Source: a virus (Duplodnaviria > Caudoviricetes). From it: a stretch of DNA of 64,000 bases. The translations under genes and the position numbers were made by a program. Positions 10,930 to 20,530 of this stretch are shown here, piece by piece (position 1 is the stretch's first letter; every line of letters starts with the position of its first letter). The notes below the pieces were generated by a model, which saw only the letters and a program-made list of their open reading frames with translations, was not told the DNA's origin and did not search any database. The stretch is taken from IMG/VR virus record IMGVR_UViG_3300042154_002208. The stretch is one strand, 5' to 3'.

Positions 10930-11475
10930 ATGAAATTAAATATTGGAGCAGGTGATAAACATTATGATGGATTTTTAAATTGTGATTACGACGATAATTG
11001 TAATCCCGATTATAAATTTGATCTTGAAAACGACACATGGCCGTTTGAAGATAACTCCGTAGAAGAAGTAATTGCACATCATGTGTTAGAACACATGGGC
11101 GAGGGGTATTTTCACGCAATCAAAGAACTATACCGTGTTTGTAAGCATGATGCCATAATTGATATTGTAGTACCACATCATAGACATGAATATTTTGCAA
11201 ATGATCCAACACATCGTAGACCAATTACTGCCGAAGGATTGGGACTCTTTAGTAAAAAATACAATGATCTATGCAAACAACGAGGAGAATCTGCTTCTAG
11301 ATTGGCGCATCATTTCAATGTAGACTTTGATCTTTACACGGTAGAAAATATTCCCGATCAAAGATATTATAAAATATTCAATGGCAGACCCGAAGAAGAA
11401 GTTGAAAGATACGTACAAGAACATAATAACATTATCATGGAAGTCCACATTAAATTGAAGGTAATTAAAGAATGA
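10930..11475 (+). CDS. Class I SAM-dependent methyltransferase (type 11-like)
   Basis: KLNIGAG motif I, WPFEDNSVEEVIAHHVLEH, DPTH. Confidence 0.8.
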   Translation: MKLNIGAGDKHYDGFLNCDYDDNCNPDYKFDLENDTWPFEDNSVEEVIAHHVLEHMGEGYFHAIKELYRVCKHDAIIDIVVPHHRHEYFANDPTHRRPITAEGLGLFSKKYNDLCKQRGESASRLAHHFNVDFDLYTVENIPDQRYYKIFNGRPEEEVERYVQEHNNIIMEVHIKLKVIKE

Positions 11476-12248
11476 ATAAATTGAATCTATTAGTAGTATT
11501 GCAGACACATTCCGTAAAAAGCAGAGATACTACAAAACAAAGATACTGCGGTGCAAGCAAAGCTGAAATAATGCGCAGATGTGTTACAAGTCTTGTTGAC
11601 TCAATTAACTATGCATCCGATCTATTACCACACGTTGATATTTCTTTGCAGGTATTTGACGATCATTCGGATGATGAATCATTCAATAAACTAACAAGTA
11701 TTGCATCTAAATGCAATGTACCTTATAACATTACGCAATTGGAAACAAGAGGCATTATGCCTTCTATTCTTAGATGCTATGAACACGGCAAACAATTTGG
11801 CAAAGACCTAGTATATTTTGTCCAAGATGATTACCTATATGAAATAAACGCCATTAGAGATATGGTCAACACCTGGGTAGATGCCAGCACCAGATTAAAT
11901 AAACCTGTTAGTATTTTCCCATTCAATGATCCCTATCATTACATTCCAGTAAATACACAAATTCCCTCATACGTAGTACAATCTTCAGGTAGACATTGGA
12001 GAACAAACATTTTGACTTCAAGTTGTTTTATGACGCACATTAGCATTATAAAAGACGAATGGGATTTGTTTTATAAAATGGGAACAAGTAAAGTATCCCC
12101 AACAATGGAAGATGATTCAATCAATCAGTTGTTTAAAACACGCGGATATTTTTTGCTTATACCGATTCCAAGTCTTGCACTACATATGCAATTCGATACC
12201 GAAAAGGATCCATTTATAAATTGGAGAGAATGGTGGGATAAGTATTGA
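11472..12248 (+). CDS. GT-A fold (family 2-like) glycosyltransferase
   Basis: VFDDHS and YFVQDDY acidic motifs. Confidence 0.7.
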   Translation: MNKLNLLVVLQTHSVKSRDTTKQRYCGASKAEIMRRCVTSLVDSINYASDLLPHVDISLQVFDDHSDDESFNKLTSIASKCNVPYNITQLETRGIMPSILRCYEHGKQFGKDLVYFVQDDYLYEINAIRDMVNTWVDASTRLNKPVSIFPFNDPYHYIPVNTQIPSYVVQSSGRHWRTNILTSSCFMTHISIIKDEWDLFYKMGTSKVSPTMEDDSINQLFKTRGYFLLIPIPSLALHMQFDTEKDPFINWREWWDKY

Positions 12249-12273
12249 CAAAATATCTTAAATCCGATAAAAT
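12245..12273 (+). promoter_or_regulatory. sigma70-type promoter
   Basis: TTGACA(12245-50)-17 nt-TAAAAT(12268-73) upstream of the sulfotransferase fusion gene. Confidence 0.6.
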
Positions 12274-12305
12274 ATTAATATATACCACAATAATTAGGTG
12301 ATTTT

Positions 12306-14063
12306 ATGAATAAACAACTACATTTTCTTGCAGGCATTCCCCGTTCTGGTTCTACAGTTCTCGCGGCCATTTTAAATCAAAATCCAATGACCCATGTTAG
12401 TACAACATCCGGGTTGGTTCATGCCTTAGATGGCTTGGCAAATACTTGGCATAGTGCTGGGTTATTAAATGAAAACGATGCGGATCGTTCTAAGCTGGCG
12501 GCAACAATGCGAGGGACTATTGATGCGTTCTACTCTGATGTAGACAAGCCCGTTGTTATAGATAAATCTCGCGGATGGCCTATTCCACAAATTATGGCAG
12601 CCATGTCTGCGGTTCTCGAAAGAAGACCTAAAGTTATTGCAACGGTTCGTTCCGTGCCTGATTGTGCTGCATCTTTTGTTCGTGTGGCAAAACCCACAGA
12701 CTTAGATCAACTTATCTATTCAGGTCAGTTAATGGATCACCTCAAAGCTGCTTATATTTCATTGCAAGAGGGTTATAAATTTGCCCCAGAAAATTTCCTG
12801 TTTGTTGAGTATGAAGATTTAGTTAAAGATCCCAAGAAAGAATTAAAACGTATTCATGCGTTCTTGGGCCTACCAGATTTTGATTATGACTTTGGTAACA
12901 TCGATGGTTCTACAGTATCAGAAGATGATGAGAACATTCACGGTTATGCAGGTATGCATGATATTAAGCCCGTGTTACAGCGTCAGCATAATCAAGACCC
13001 AAGAGAATTATTAAAGCATCATTATCCCTCATTCTGTCAGGGTGAGTTCTGGTTAAAGACTCCTAGAACAGTACAAGAAAAACACGATCTTGATTTTCAG
13101 CTTGAAGCAAGTACCCGTGGAGATTTTGAAGAAGGTTGGAGACTATCTCAAAAGATAGAATTAGCAGAACCATTTAACCACAGAGCAGCTTACAACAGAG
13201 GTTGGTATTACTTGAGTCAAGGCCACATCCAAAAGGGATATAGCCTAATGGATCGTGGTCGCATTGTAGGTGTGTTTGGAAACAGTAGACCAGATACCCC
13301 TATGCCTATGTGGGATGGAAAAACAAAAGGTATCGTAATGTTATACCTTGAAGGCGGACTGGGAGATCAAATACACCAAGTTCGTTATGCAAAAGTTATT
13401 GCAGATCGAGGATGTAAAGTCATGGTATGTTGTACCGGTATGCTGGCATCTTTGTTTATAGATGTTGAAGGTGTATCTGCAGTAGTACAGCACGAATCAA
13501 TTTACGGTGTGTATCATGATTTCTGGGTAGCAGGTATGTCTGCAGCAGTTCCATTGGGATTAGAACTTGAGGACTTATCGGGTGCACCTTATCTCAGAAA
13601 ACCATTCTCAATCAAAGGCAAAAAGATGCGTATCGGTTTGAGATGGCAAGGCAACCCACAATTCGAGCATGAGCATCATAAGAAGTTTCCTTCTGAGTTA
13701 ATGTTTGAAGCATTACGTGGTATTAATGCAGAGTTTATTAGCTTGCAAAGAGATGAGGGCGAAGATGAATGTCCATTCTGGGTTAGAAAAGTTCCATTAA
13801 ATACATGGGAAGATACTCGCAAAGCAGTTGCAGAATGTGATCTGGTGATTAGTTCATGCACATCTGTCAGCCACCTTGCTGGTGCTATGGGTGTAGATAC
13901 ATGGGTCGTTACTCCAATTATGCCATACTTCCTATATGCTCTTCCTGGAGACAAGACACCATACTATGATTGTTTCACCATGATGCGTCAGGAAAAATAT
14001 GGAGATTGGGAAGCACCGTTTGTGAAAATTAGAGAAAAACTTTTGGGAATGAATATACAATGA
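12306..14063 (+). CDS. Sulfotransferase - TPR-like - GT9-like glycosyltransferase fusion
   Basis: N-term GIPRSGST PAPS-binding loop, IDKSRGW; central helical AAYNRGWYYL; C-term GLGDQI, GLRWQGNP, DLVISSCTSVSHLAGAMG. Confidence 0.8.
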   Translation: MNKQLHFLAGIPRSGSTVLAAILNQNPMTHVSTTSGLVHALDGLANTWHSAGLLNENDADRSKLAATMRGTIDAFYSDVDKPVVIDKSRGWPIPQIMAAMSAVLERRPKVIATVRSVPDCAASFVRVAKPTDLDQLIYSGQLMDHLKAAYISLQEGYKFAPENFLFVEYEDLVKDPKKELKRIHAFLGLPDFDYDFGNIDGSTVSEDDENIHGYAGMHDIKPVLQRQHNQDPRELLKHHYPSFCQGEFWLKTPRTVQEKHDLDFQLEASTRGDFEEGWRLSQKIELAEPFNHRAAYNRGWYYLSQGHIQKGYSLMDRGRIVGVFGNSRPDTPMPMWDGKTKGIVMLYLEGGLGDQIHQVRYAKVIADRGCKVMVCCTGMLASLFIDVEGVSAVVQHESIYGVYHDFWVAGMSAAVPLGLELEDLSGAPYLRKPFSIKGKKMRIGLRWQGNPQFEHEHHKKFPSELMFEALRGINAEFISLQRDEGEDECPFWVRKVPLNTWEDTRKAVAECDLVISSCTSVSHLAGAMGVDTWVVTPIMPYFLYALPGDKTPYYDCFTMMRQEKYGDWEAPFVKIREKLLGMNIQ

Positions 14064-14842
14064 TATACTTTTTAAGCGGCCTGCCAAGATCAGGCTCAAC
14101 ATTGCTTGGATCAATTTTAAATCAAAATACAGAGGTATATGTTTCTCCCACAAGTCCCTTGTTAGATTTGTTATGCCTGCAAAATGAGGCATTGAACAGA
14201 GTTACTCAGCAATATACCTTTGATGTTGAAAATCAATCCGCATCCATATACACTGCGTTACCCAAAGCATATTATGAGAGCATAAAGAAACCACACATCA
14301 TTGACAAGCACCGAGCATGGGCACGCAATGTTATGCCTGCAAAGCTACACATTTCTGAAAACCCCCGGGTCATTTGTACCAATAGACCGGTTGCAGAAGT
14401 TGTCACAAGTTTTATCAAGTTACTGAATAAAGATCCAAACAATTTTATTGATGCAGCATTAAAACAAAAACGCAAGCCGATAAATACAAACACACGAGCA
14501 ATGGAACTATGGGAATCTTATATCAGAGATCCATGGGAAAGTTTACAGATTGGCTTGAAGAATTACAAAGACAATCTATATTTTGTACAGTATGATGATC
14601 TGGTACAAACTCCTCAAAGCACAATAAATAACATATATGATTTCTTGGAAATAAATAGATATGACCACAAGTTCGATAGTATCACAAATACTTGCGGTGA
14701 AGCCAAAGATACTGCATGGGGATTGAAAGATCTGCATACAATCAGAGGTAAATTAGAAAAGACCAGTGATTCTGCACAAGAAGTACTTGGCGAGAGTTTA
14801 TGTAAATATTTTTCACAATTTGATATTAAAAATGGAATTTGA
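14060..14842 (+). CDS. Sulfotransferase family protein
   Basis: GLPRSGSTLLGSILNQN, IDKHRAW, VQYDDLV; paralogous to the N-term domain of 12306. Confidence 0.8.
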   Translation: MIYFLSGLPRSGSTLLGSILNQNTEVYVSPTSPLLDLLCLQNEALNRVTQQYTFDVENQSASIYTALPKAYYESIKKPHIIDKHRAWARNVMPAKLHISENPRVICTNRPVAEVVTSFIKLLNKDPNNFIDAALKQKRKPINTNTRAMELWESYIRDPWESLQIGLKNYKDNLYFVQYDDLVQTPQSTINNIYDFLEINRYDHKFDSITNTCGEAKDTAWGLKDLHTIRGKLEKTSDSAQEVLGESLCKYFSQFDIKNGI

Positions 14843-15458
14843 TAAAAAAGTAATAGTTATAGATGATTTTTATCCCGATCCTTATATGATGCGGGATATG
14901 GCATTGAATGCGGAATACGAACCTGAAGGCCTGACACCTAACTATCCAGGGCTAAACACCACGAGATCGTATTGGGATACAACCATTACAAAAATGTTCT
15001 GTAAGGCCACGGGAGAAGATGTAAAACCTGCAAAACCCTCGGCCAATGGATTTTTTAGACATACTCGAGCAAAAGACATTGCAAAACAAATTGTGCATTT
15101 TGATCCAACACCGGGACAAACATGGGCAGGAGTAGTTTATTTAAGTCTACCCGAGCATTATGAAGGTAGAGATGCCGGAACAAAAATTGTTTCTCATAAA
15201 CGAACCGGCATGACCATTGCCCCCAAAGATTACACCGAAAGTGACGCAATTGGAGTAAAAACATTCGAAGATATGCGAAATTTCTTTGAAACTGAGGGTA
15301 TAAATACTAATTTATGGAAAACCGAATTGAATGTAGACATTAAGTTTAATCGGGCCGTGCTGTTCAGGCCCTGGTTATGGCACCATATGGGCCAACATTT
15401 TGGAACAGACGTTAACAACAGTAGATTGACACACCTTATATTCCTACAACCGGCTTAA
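14832..15458 (+). CDS. 2OG-Fe(II) oxygenase (DUF6445-like)
   Basis: VIVIDDFYPDP start (ATG 14832 preferred over GTG 14766); HFD...WAGVVYL...NRAVLFRPWLWHH...RLTHLIF. Confidence 0.75.
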   Translation: MEFDKKVIVIDDFYPDPYMMRDMALNAEYEPEGLTPNYPGLNTTRSYWDTTITKMFCKATGEDVKPAKPSANGFFRHTRAKDIAKQIVHFDPTPGQTWAGVVYLSLPEHYEGRDAGTKIVSHKRTGMTIAPKDYTESDAIGVKTFEDMRNFFETEGINTNLWKTELNVDIKFNRAVLFRPWLWHHMGQHFGTDVNNSRLTHLIFLQPA

Positions 15459-15483
15459 ACCGAAAATTTGGAATATCTTATAT

Positions 15484-15491
15484 TATAAATA
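15484..15491 (+). promoter_or_regulatory. T4 late promoter TATAAATA
   Basis: Exact consensus upstream of 15526 and the nine-gene propeller array. Confidence 0.75.
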
Positions 15492-15525
15492 TAACAGACA
15501 CCCATTTAACATTAGGAGATTAAAA

Positions 15526-15912
15526 ATGGCATTATTTGTACAAGTATTAGACGGCGAAGTTAAACAAGTTTGGGACTCTGCACCACCCGAAGGCCAAGAA
15601 GGCTGGAGAAATGCAGTAGAAGTTCGTGCTGAACTAGTTGCACATCGTCAACAGTTTGCGGCTCACCGCTATGATCTAAATGTAGATCCAGTTCAAATCA
15701 TCTGGGACGCAGTAGATATCACAGTTGAAGATCGTAAAAACAGCATGATTTCTAATGCTAATTTTGCGGTTGCTCGCATGAATATGCAAAATCAGATGAC
15801 ACCCGGAACTCATACCGCAGAAGCAATTGCCGCAGCACAAGCTACAGCAGACGCTAAAGTTGCAGCAGTTAATGCCGCAACAACACACGACGAATTAGAC
15901 GCGTTAGTTTAA
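15526..15912 (+). CDS. Hypothetical tail-fibre assembly-like protein
   Basis: AGGAG RBS; C-term KVAAVNAATTHDELDAL resembles fibre chaperone tails. Confidence 0.6.
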   Translation: MALFVQVLDGEVKQVWDSAPPEGQEGWRNAVEVRAELVAHRQQFAAHRYDLNVDPVQIIWDAVDITVEDRKNSMISNANFAVARMNMQNQMTPGTHTAEAIAAAQATADAKVAAVNAATTHDELDALV

Positions 15913-15932
15913 TCTAAAAGAAGAGGTGTAAT

Positions 15933-17063
15933 ATGGCCCTGACCATTTCCGGTTTTACTATGACCGGTAATCTTACCGCGGTACATATTCCACCCCCTCC
16001 TCCATCCTATTACCTTTGGTCATGGGGTCGCAACAATTATGGTTTATTGGGGGTAGGAGATACTATAGATAGATCTAGTCCAGTACAGGTTGGTGCTCTT
16101 GGTAATTGGTCAACTGTTTCTGGCGGAGTTTATCATAATCTATCCATTAAAACAGATGGTACCTTATGGTCATGGGGTAGAAATTATTTAGGCTTTTTAG
16201 GTCTTGGCGAGACCACCGCTAGATCTAGTCCAGTGCAAGTAGGTGCATTAACTAATTGGTCAAAAATTGCTACAGGTGGAGGCCTACACAGTTTAGCTAT
16301 AACAACCGATGGGTATTTATGGACTTGGGGTTACAATTATTATGGACAATTAGGATTAGGTAATACTACAGGATATTCAAGTCCAAAACAGATTGGCGCA
16401 TTAACTAATTGGTCAAGTATTTCTGCAGGCGGTAATCACAGTTTAGCTATCAAAACAGATGGTACATTATGGGTATGGGGGTATAACCAGTCAGGTCGAT
16501 TGGGCCTTGGCGATACTAATAATAGATCTAGCCCAGTACAAATTGGGGCTCTAACCACTTGGTCAAGTATTTCTGCAAGCAACGGCGGCTGTGCCGCTAT
16601 CAAAACAGATGGTACTTTGTGGGTTTGGGGCGGTAATTATTTTGGGCAGTTAGGATTAGGCAATACCACATATTATTCAAGTCCCAAACAAGTTGGCGCA
16701 TTAACTACTTGGTCAAGTATTTCTGCAAGCGGCGGCGGCTGTGCCGCTATCAAAACAGATGGTACTTTGTGGGTTTGGGGTAGAAATTTTGGGGCAGGTT
16801 CTTTAGGGTTAGGTGATACTATATCTAGATCTAGTCCAGTACAAATGGGGGCATTAACCAATTGGGCAAGTATTTCTGCAGGAGAACTTTTTTGTGTGTC
16901 CATTAAAACAGATGGTACACTATGGTCATGGGGACACAATGCGTATGGCCGGGTTGGAGATGGTACAACTGTTCTTAAATCTAGCCCAGTACAAATTGGA
17001 TCATCAACTACCTGGTCAAGTATTTCTGCAGGTAGCGCTACTCCATTAGCTATTAAATCTTAA
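15933..17063 (+). CDS. RCC1/BLIP-II propeller paralogue (array 1/9)
   Basis: MALTISG...PPPPP + 7 repeats; GAGGTG RBS. Confidence 0.9.
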   Translation: MALTISGFTMTGNLTAVHIPPPPPSYYLWSWGRNNYGLLGVGDTIDRSSPVQVGALGNWSTVSGGVYHNLSIKTDGTLWSWGRNYLGFLGLGETTARSSPVQVGALTNWSKIATGGGLHSLAITTDGYLWTWGYNYYGQLGLGNTTGYSSPKQIGALTNWSSISAGGNHSLAIKTDGTLWVWGYNQSGRLGLGDTNNRSSPVQIGALTTWSSISASNGGCAAIKTDGTLWVWGGNYFGQLGLGNTTYYSSPKQVGALTTWSSISASGGGCAAIKTDGTLWVWGRNFGAGSLGLGDTISRSSPVQMGALTNWASISAGELFCVSIKTDGTLWSWGHNAYGRVGDGTTVLKSSPVQIGSSTTWSSISAGSATPLAIKS

Positions 17064-17082
17064 TAAAAATTAAAAGAACAAA

Positions 17083-18213
17083 ATGGCACTAACAATTTCA
17101 GGCGTAAGAATAAACGGAGCATTGTCTGCGGTGCATATTCCACCTCCTCCGCCACCTGCGTATTACCTTTGGGCTTGGGGTGCTAATGATTACGGTGAGT
17201 TAGGCCAAGGCGATTATAATATTAATAGATCTAGTCCAGTACAGATTGGTTCATTGACCAATTGGTTAAGTATTTCAGCCGGTGGTTATCACAGCGCGGC
17301 CACCTTCCCAAACGGGACTATATGGACATGGGGCAGTAATTATGTCGGCCAATTAGGGTTAGGAAATACTACAAATAGATCTAGTCCGGTACAAGTTGGT
17401 GCCTTAACCACATGGTCAAGTATTTCTACTGGCCAATACCACAACCTGGCCGTTAAAACAGATGGTACCATGTGGACATGGGGTGGAAATAGTTATGGCA
17501 AATTGGGGTTAGGCGATACCGCAAATAGATCTAGTCCAGTACAAATTGGCGCTTTAACTACTTGGTCATCTGTGAGTGCAGGAGGAAATATCAGTGCGGC
17601 AATTAAAACAGATGGTACATTGTGGGCGTGGGGTAGAAATTATCACGGGTCATTGGGCCAAGGTAATACTACAGATAGATCTAGTCCAGTACAAGTTGGT
17701 TCTCTAACTAATTGGTTGTCTGTTGCTGCTGCATATGTTTGTTGTCACGCAATTAAAACAGATGGTACCTTATGGTCATGGGGTAGAAATTATGCTGGCG
17801 TCTTGGGTTTAGGAGGTACTACAAATATTTCCAGTCCAGCACAAGTTGGTGCATTAACAAATTGGTCAACTGTATCTAACAGAGAACACTATTGTGCAGC
17901 AATTAAAACAGATGGTACATTATGGTCATGGGGCAGGGGTTCTCAAGGCAAATTAGGGTTAGGCGACATTACCAATAGATCCAGCCCGACTCAGGTTGGT
18001 GCATTAACTACTTGGTTAAGTGTTTCTGCAGGATATTCTCACAGCGCTGCTATTAAAACTGATGGTACTCTGTGGTCGTGGGGTAGCGGCGGCCAAGGTA
18101 GATTGGGCCTAGGTGATACTACATCTAGATCTAGTCCAACTCAAGTTGGAGGATTAACTACTTGGTTATATATTGCTGCAGGAAGTACTTTCACCGCCGC
18201 TATTAGTAACTAA
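17083..18213 (+). CDS. RCC1/BLIP-II propeller paralogue (array 2/9)
   Basis: MALTISG...PPPPPP + 7 repeats. Confidence 0.9.
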   Translation: MALTISGVRINGALSAVHIPPPPPPAYYLWAWGANDYGELGQGDYNINRSSPVQIGSLTNWLSISAGGYHSAATFPNGTIWTWGSNYVGQLGLGNTTNRSSPVQVGALTTWSSISTGQYHNLAVKTDGTMWTWGGNSYGKLGLGDTANRSSPVQIGALTTWSSVSAGGNISAAIKTDGTLWAWGRNYHGSLGQGNTTDRSSPVQVGSLTNWLSVAAAYVCCHAIKTDGTLWSWGRNYAGVLGLGGTTNISSPAQVGALTNWSTVSNREHYCAAIKTDGTLWSWGRGSQGKLGLGDITNRSSPTQVGALTTWLSVSAGYSHSAAIKTDGTLWSWGSGGQGRLGLGDTTSRSSPTQVGGLTTWLYIAAGSTFTAAISN

Positions 18214-18229
18214 TTAAAAGAAGAACAAA

Positions 18230-19351
18230 ATGGATCTAATCGGAATAACTATATTTGGCGGAGTCAACATTCAGCCTCCGCCTCCGCCACCTCCTGTGCC
18301 CACATACTATCTATGGTCTTGGGGCAGAAATTATAAAGGTGTAATGGGTCTAGGTGATACTACCAATAGATCCAGTCCCAATCAAGTAGGCTCAATGAGT
18401 GATTGGTTATCTTTGGCTGCAGGAAGATACCATATGACAGCAATTAAAATCGATAACACCTTATGGTCTTTTGGTCAAAATTCAAGCGGTCAATTGGGGC
18501 TAGGCGATACCACCGACAGATCAAGTCCAACTCAAATCGGAGCATTGGCAACCTGGGCGTCATTAAGTTGCGGGGATCAGCACGCCATAGCAATTAAAAC
18601 AGATGGTACCTTGTGGGCATGGGGATACAATGGTATCGGCGGCTTGGGGCTAGGAAATTCTACAAGTTATTCAAGCCCAATGCAAGTTGGCGCGCTAACA
18701 ACTTGGTCAAGTATTGGTACCGGCGGATACAATTCGTTTGCTGTTAAAACCGATGGTACATTATGGACATGGGGATATAATGCACAAGGACAACTGGGTC
18801 TAGGCAATACCGCAGCTAGATCTAGTCCAGTACAGATTGGTGCATTAACTACTTGGTCAAAAGTTGATGGTGGAGATAAGCACACCATGGCAATTAAAAC
18901 AGATGGTACCTTGTGGGCATGGGGTGCTAGCAATCAGGGCCAAACGGGAACGGGAAGTTCTTCGTCTAGCCCAGTACAAGTTGGCGCATTGACAACCTGG
19001 GCAACATTAGGTATAACATATTTGTCATCCTCGGCAATTAAAACCGATGGTACATTATGGATGTGGGGTTCCAACGAGTCGGGACATTTAGGCCTAGGCA
19101 ATACTACCAATCAAGGTAGTCCGGTACAAGTGGGCGCGCTGACTACTTGGTCAAAAGTTAGTTTAGGACAATTCCATACTATGGCAGTTAGAACCGACGG
19201 CACATTATGGACATGGGGATTCAATGTTCAGGGTCAACTTGGTATTGGTAACACCACATATTTTTCCAGTCCAAAACAAGTTGGTGCATTAACTACCTGG
19301 TTGAATGTTACTGCAGGATATAGACATTCAACTGCAATTACATCGCAATAA
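18230..19351 (+). CDS. RCC1/BLIP-II propeller paralogue (array 3/9)
   Basis: MDLIGITIFGG...PPPPPPP + 7 repeats. Confidence 0.9.
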   Translation: MDLIGITIFGGVNIQPPPPPPPVPTYYLWSWGRNYKGVMGLGDTTNRSSPNQVGSMSDWLSLAAGRYHMTAIKIDNTLWSFGQNSSGQLGLGDTTDRSSPTQIGALATWASLSCGDQHAIAIKTDGTLWAWGYNGIGGLGLGNSTSYSSPMQVGALTTWSSIGTGGYNSFAVKTDGTLWTWGYNAQGQLGLGNTAARSSPVQIGALTTWSKVDGGDKHTMAIKTDGTLWAWGASNQGQTGTGSSSSSPVQVGALTTWATLGITYLSSSAIKTDGTLWMWGSNESGHLGLGNTTNQGSPVQVGALTTWSKVSLGQFHTMAVRTDGTLWTWGFNVQGQLGIGNTTYFSSPKQVGALTTWLNVTAGYRHSTAITSQ

Positions 19352-19380
19352 CCCGTTATACTAATTAAAAGAACAAAAAA

Positions 19381-20514
19381 ATGCCATTAATTTTTTCAGG
19401 TATAACCACAAAAGGTAGTTTCGAGATGGTGTATACTCCACCACCGCCTCCCGAACCAACATCTTATCTATGGTCGTGGGGTAGTGGAAGCGACGGTCGA
19501 CTAGGTTTAGGTAATACTACAAGTTACTCAAGTCCAAAACAAATTGGTTCGTTAGGCTCTTGGTTGAATATTGCTGCCGGGTATAATCACGGCATGGCCC
19601 TCAAAACAGATGGTACACTTTGGTCATGGGGTTACAATGATACGGGTCAGTTAGGTTTGGGGGATCTTACAGATAGATCTAGTCCAGTACAGATTGGCGC
19701 AGGAACCACTTGGTCAACAATTGAAGGAAGTTTCTTCTACAACATAGCCATTAAAACAGATGGTACCATGTGGTCATGGGGTTATAATAATAGCGGTCGA
19801 TTGGGGTTAGGCAATACTACAAGTATATCTAGTCCAGTACAAATTGGTGCATTAACTACTTGGTCAAAGATTAATGCAGGTGGTCAGCATACCATGGCCA
19901 TTAAAACAGATGGTACCATGTGGGCATGGGGAGTTAATCAACACGGTGCACTGGGGCTAGGCGATACCACAAATAGATCTAGTCCAGTACAAATTGGTTC
20001 ATTAACTACTTGGTTAAATATTGCTGGAGGGTACAGGGCCAGTATGGCCGTCAAAACAGATGGTACGTTATGGTCATGGGGGATGAATGCTTTTGGTCAG
20101 TTAGGATTAAATAATTATACATATTATTCTAGCCCAAAACAGGTAGGGGGTCTAACCAATTGGTTAAGTGTTGCTGGGGGTAAATATGCTCACAGCGTGG
20201 CCCTGAAAAATAATGGCACCTTGTGGGGATGGGGTCGCAATTATATAGGAATGTTAGGTTTAGGTGGTACCACTCAATATATAAGCCCAGTTCAAGTTGG
20301 TGCTTTAACCAATTGGTCAAGTATTGATGCCGGTAGAAGTCACAGCGTGGCCATTAAAACAGATGGTACCATGTGGGCTTGGGGTGGAAATGGATCCGGT
20401 CGATTGGGGTTAGGTGATACCACAAATAGATCAAGCCCAACACAGATTGGTTCATCAACTAATTGGTCAAAGATTGATGCAGTTGGTACGTTCACCTTGG
20501 CTATTAGCTATTAA
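19381..20514 (+). CDS. RCC1/BLIP-II propeller paralogue (array 4/9)
   Basis: MPLIFSG...PPPPP + 7 repeats. Confidence 0.9.
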   Translation: MPLIFSGITTKGSFEMVYTPPPPPEPTSYLWSWGSGSDGRLGLGNTTSYSSPKQIGSLGSWLNIAAGYNHGMALKTDGTLWSWGYNDTGQLGLGDLTDRSSPVQIGAGTTWSTIEGSFFYNIAIKTDGTMWSWGYNNSGRLGLGNTTSISSPVQIGALTTWSKINAGGQHTMAIKTDGTMWAWGVNQHGALGLGDTTNRSSPVQIGSLTTWLNIAGGYRASMAVKTDGTLWSWGMNAFGQLGLNNYTYYSSPKQVGGLTNWLSVAGGKYAHSVALKNNGTLWGWGRNYIGMLGLGGTTQYISPVQVGALTNWSSIDAGRSHSVAIKTDGTMWAWGGNGSGRLGLGDTTNRSSPTQIGSSTNWSKIDAVGTFTLAISY

Positions 20515-20530
20515 TAAAAAGAAAAACAAA

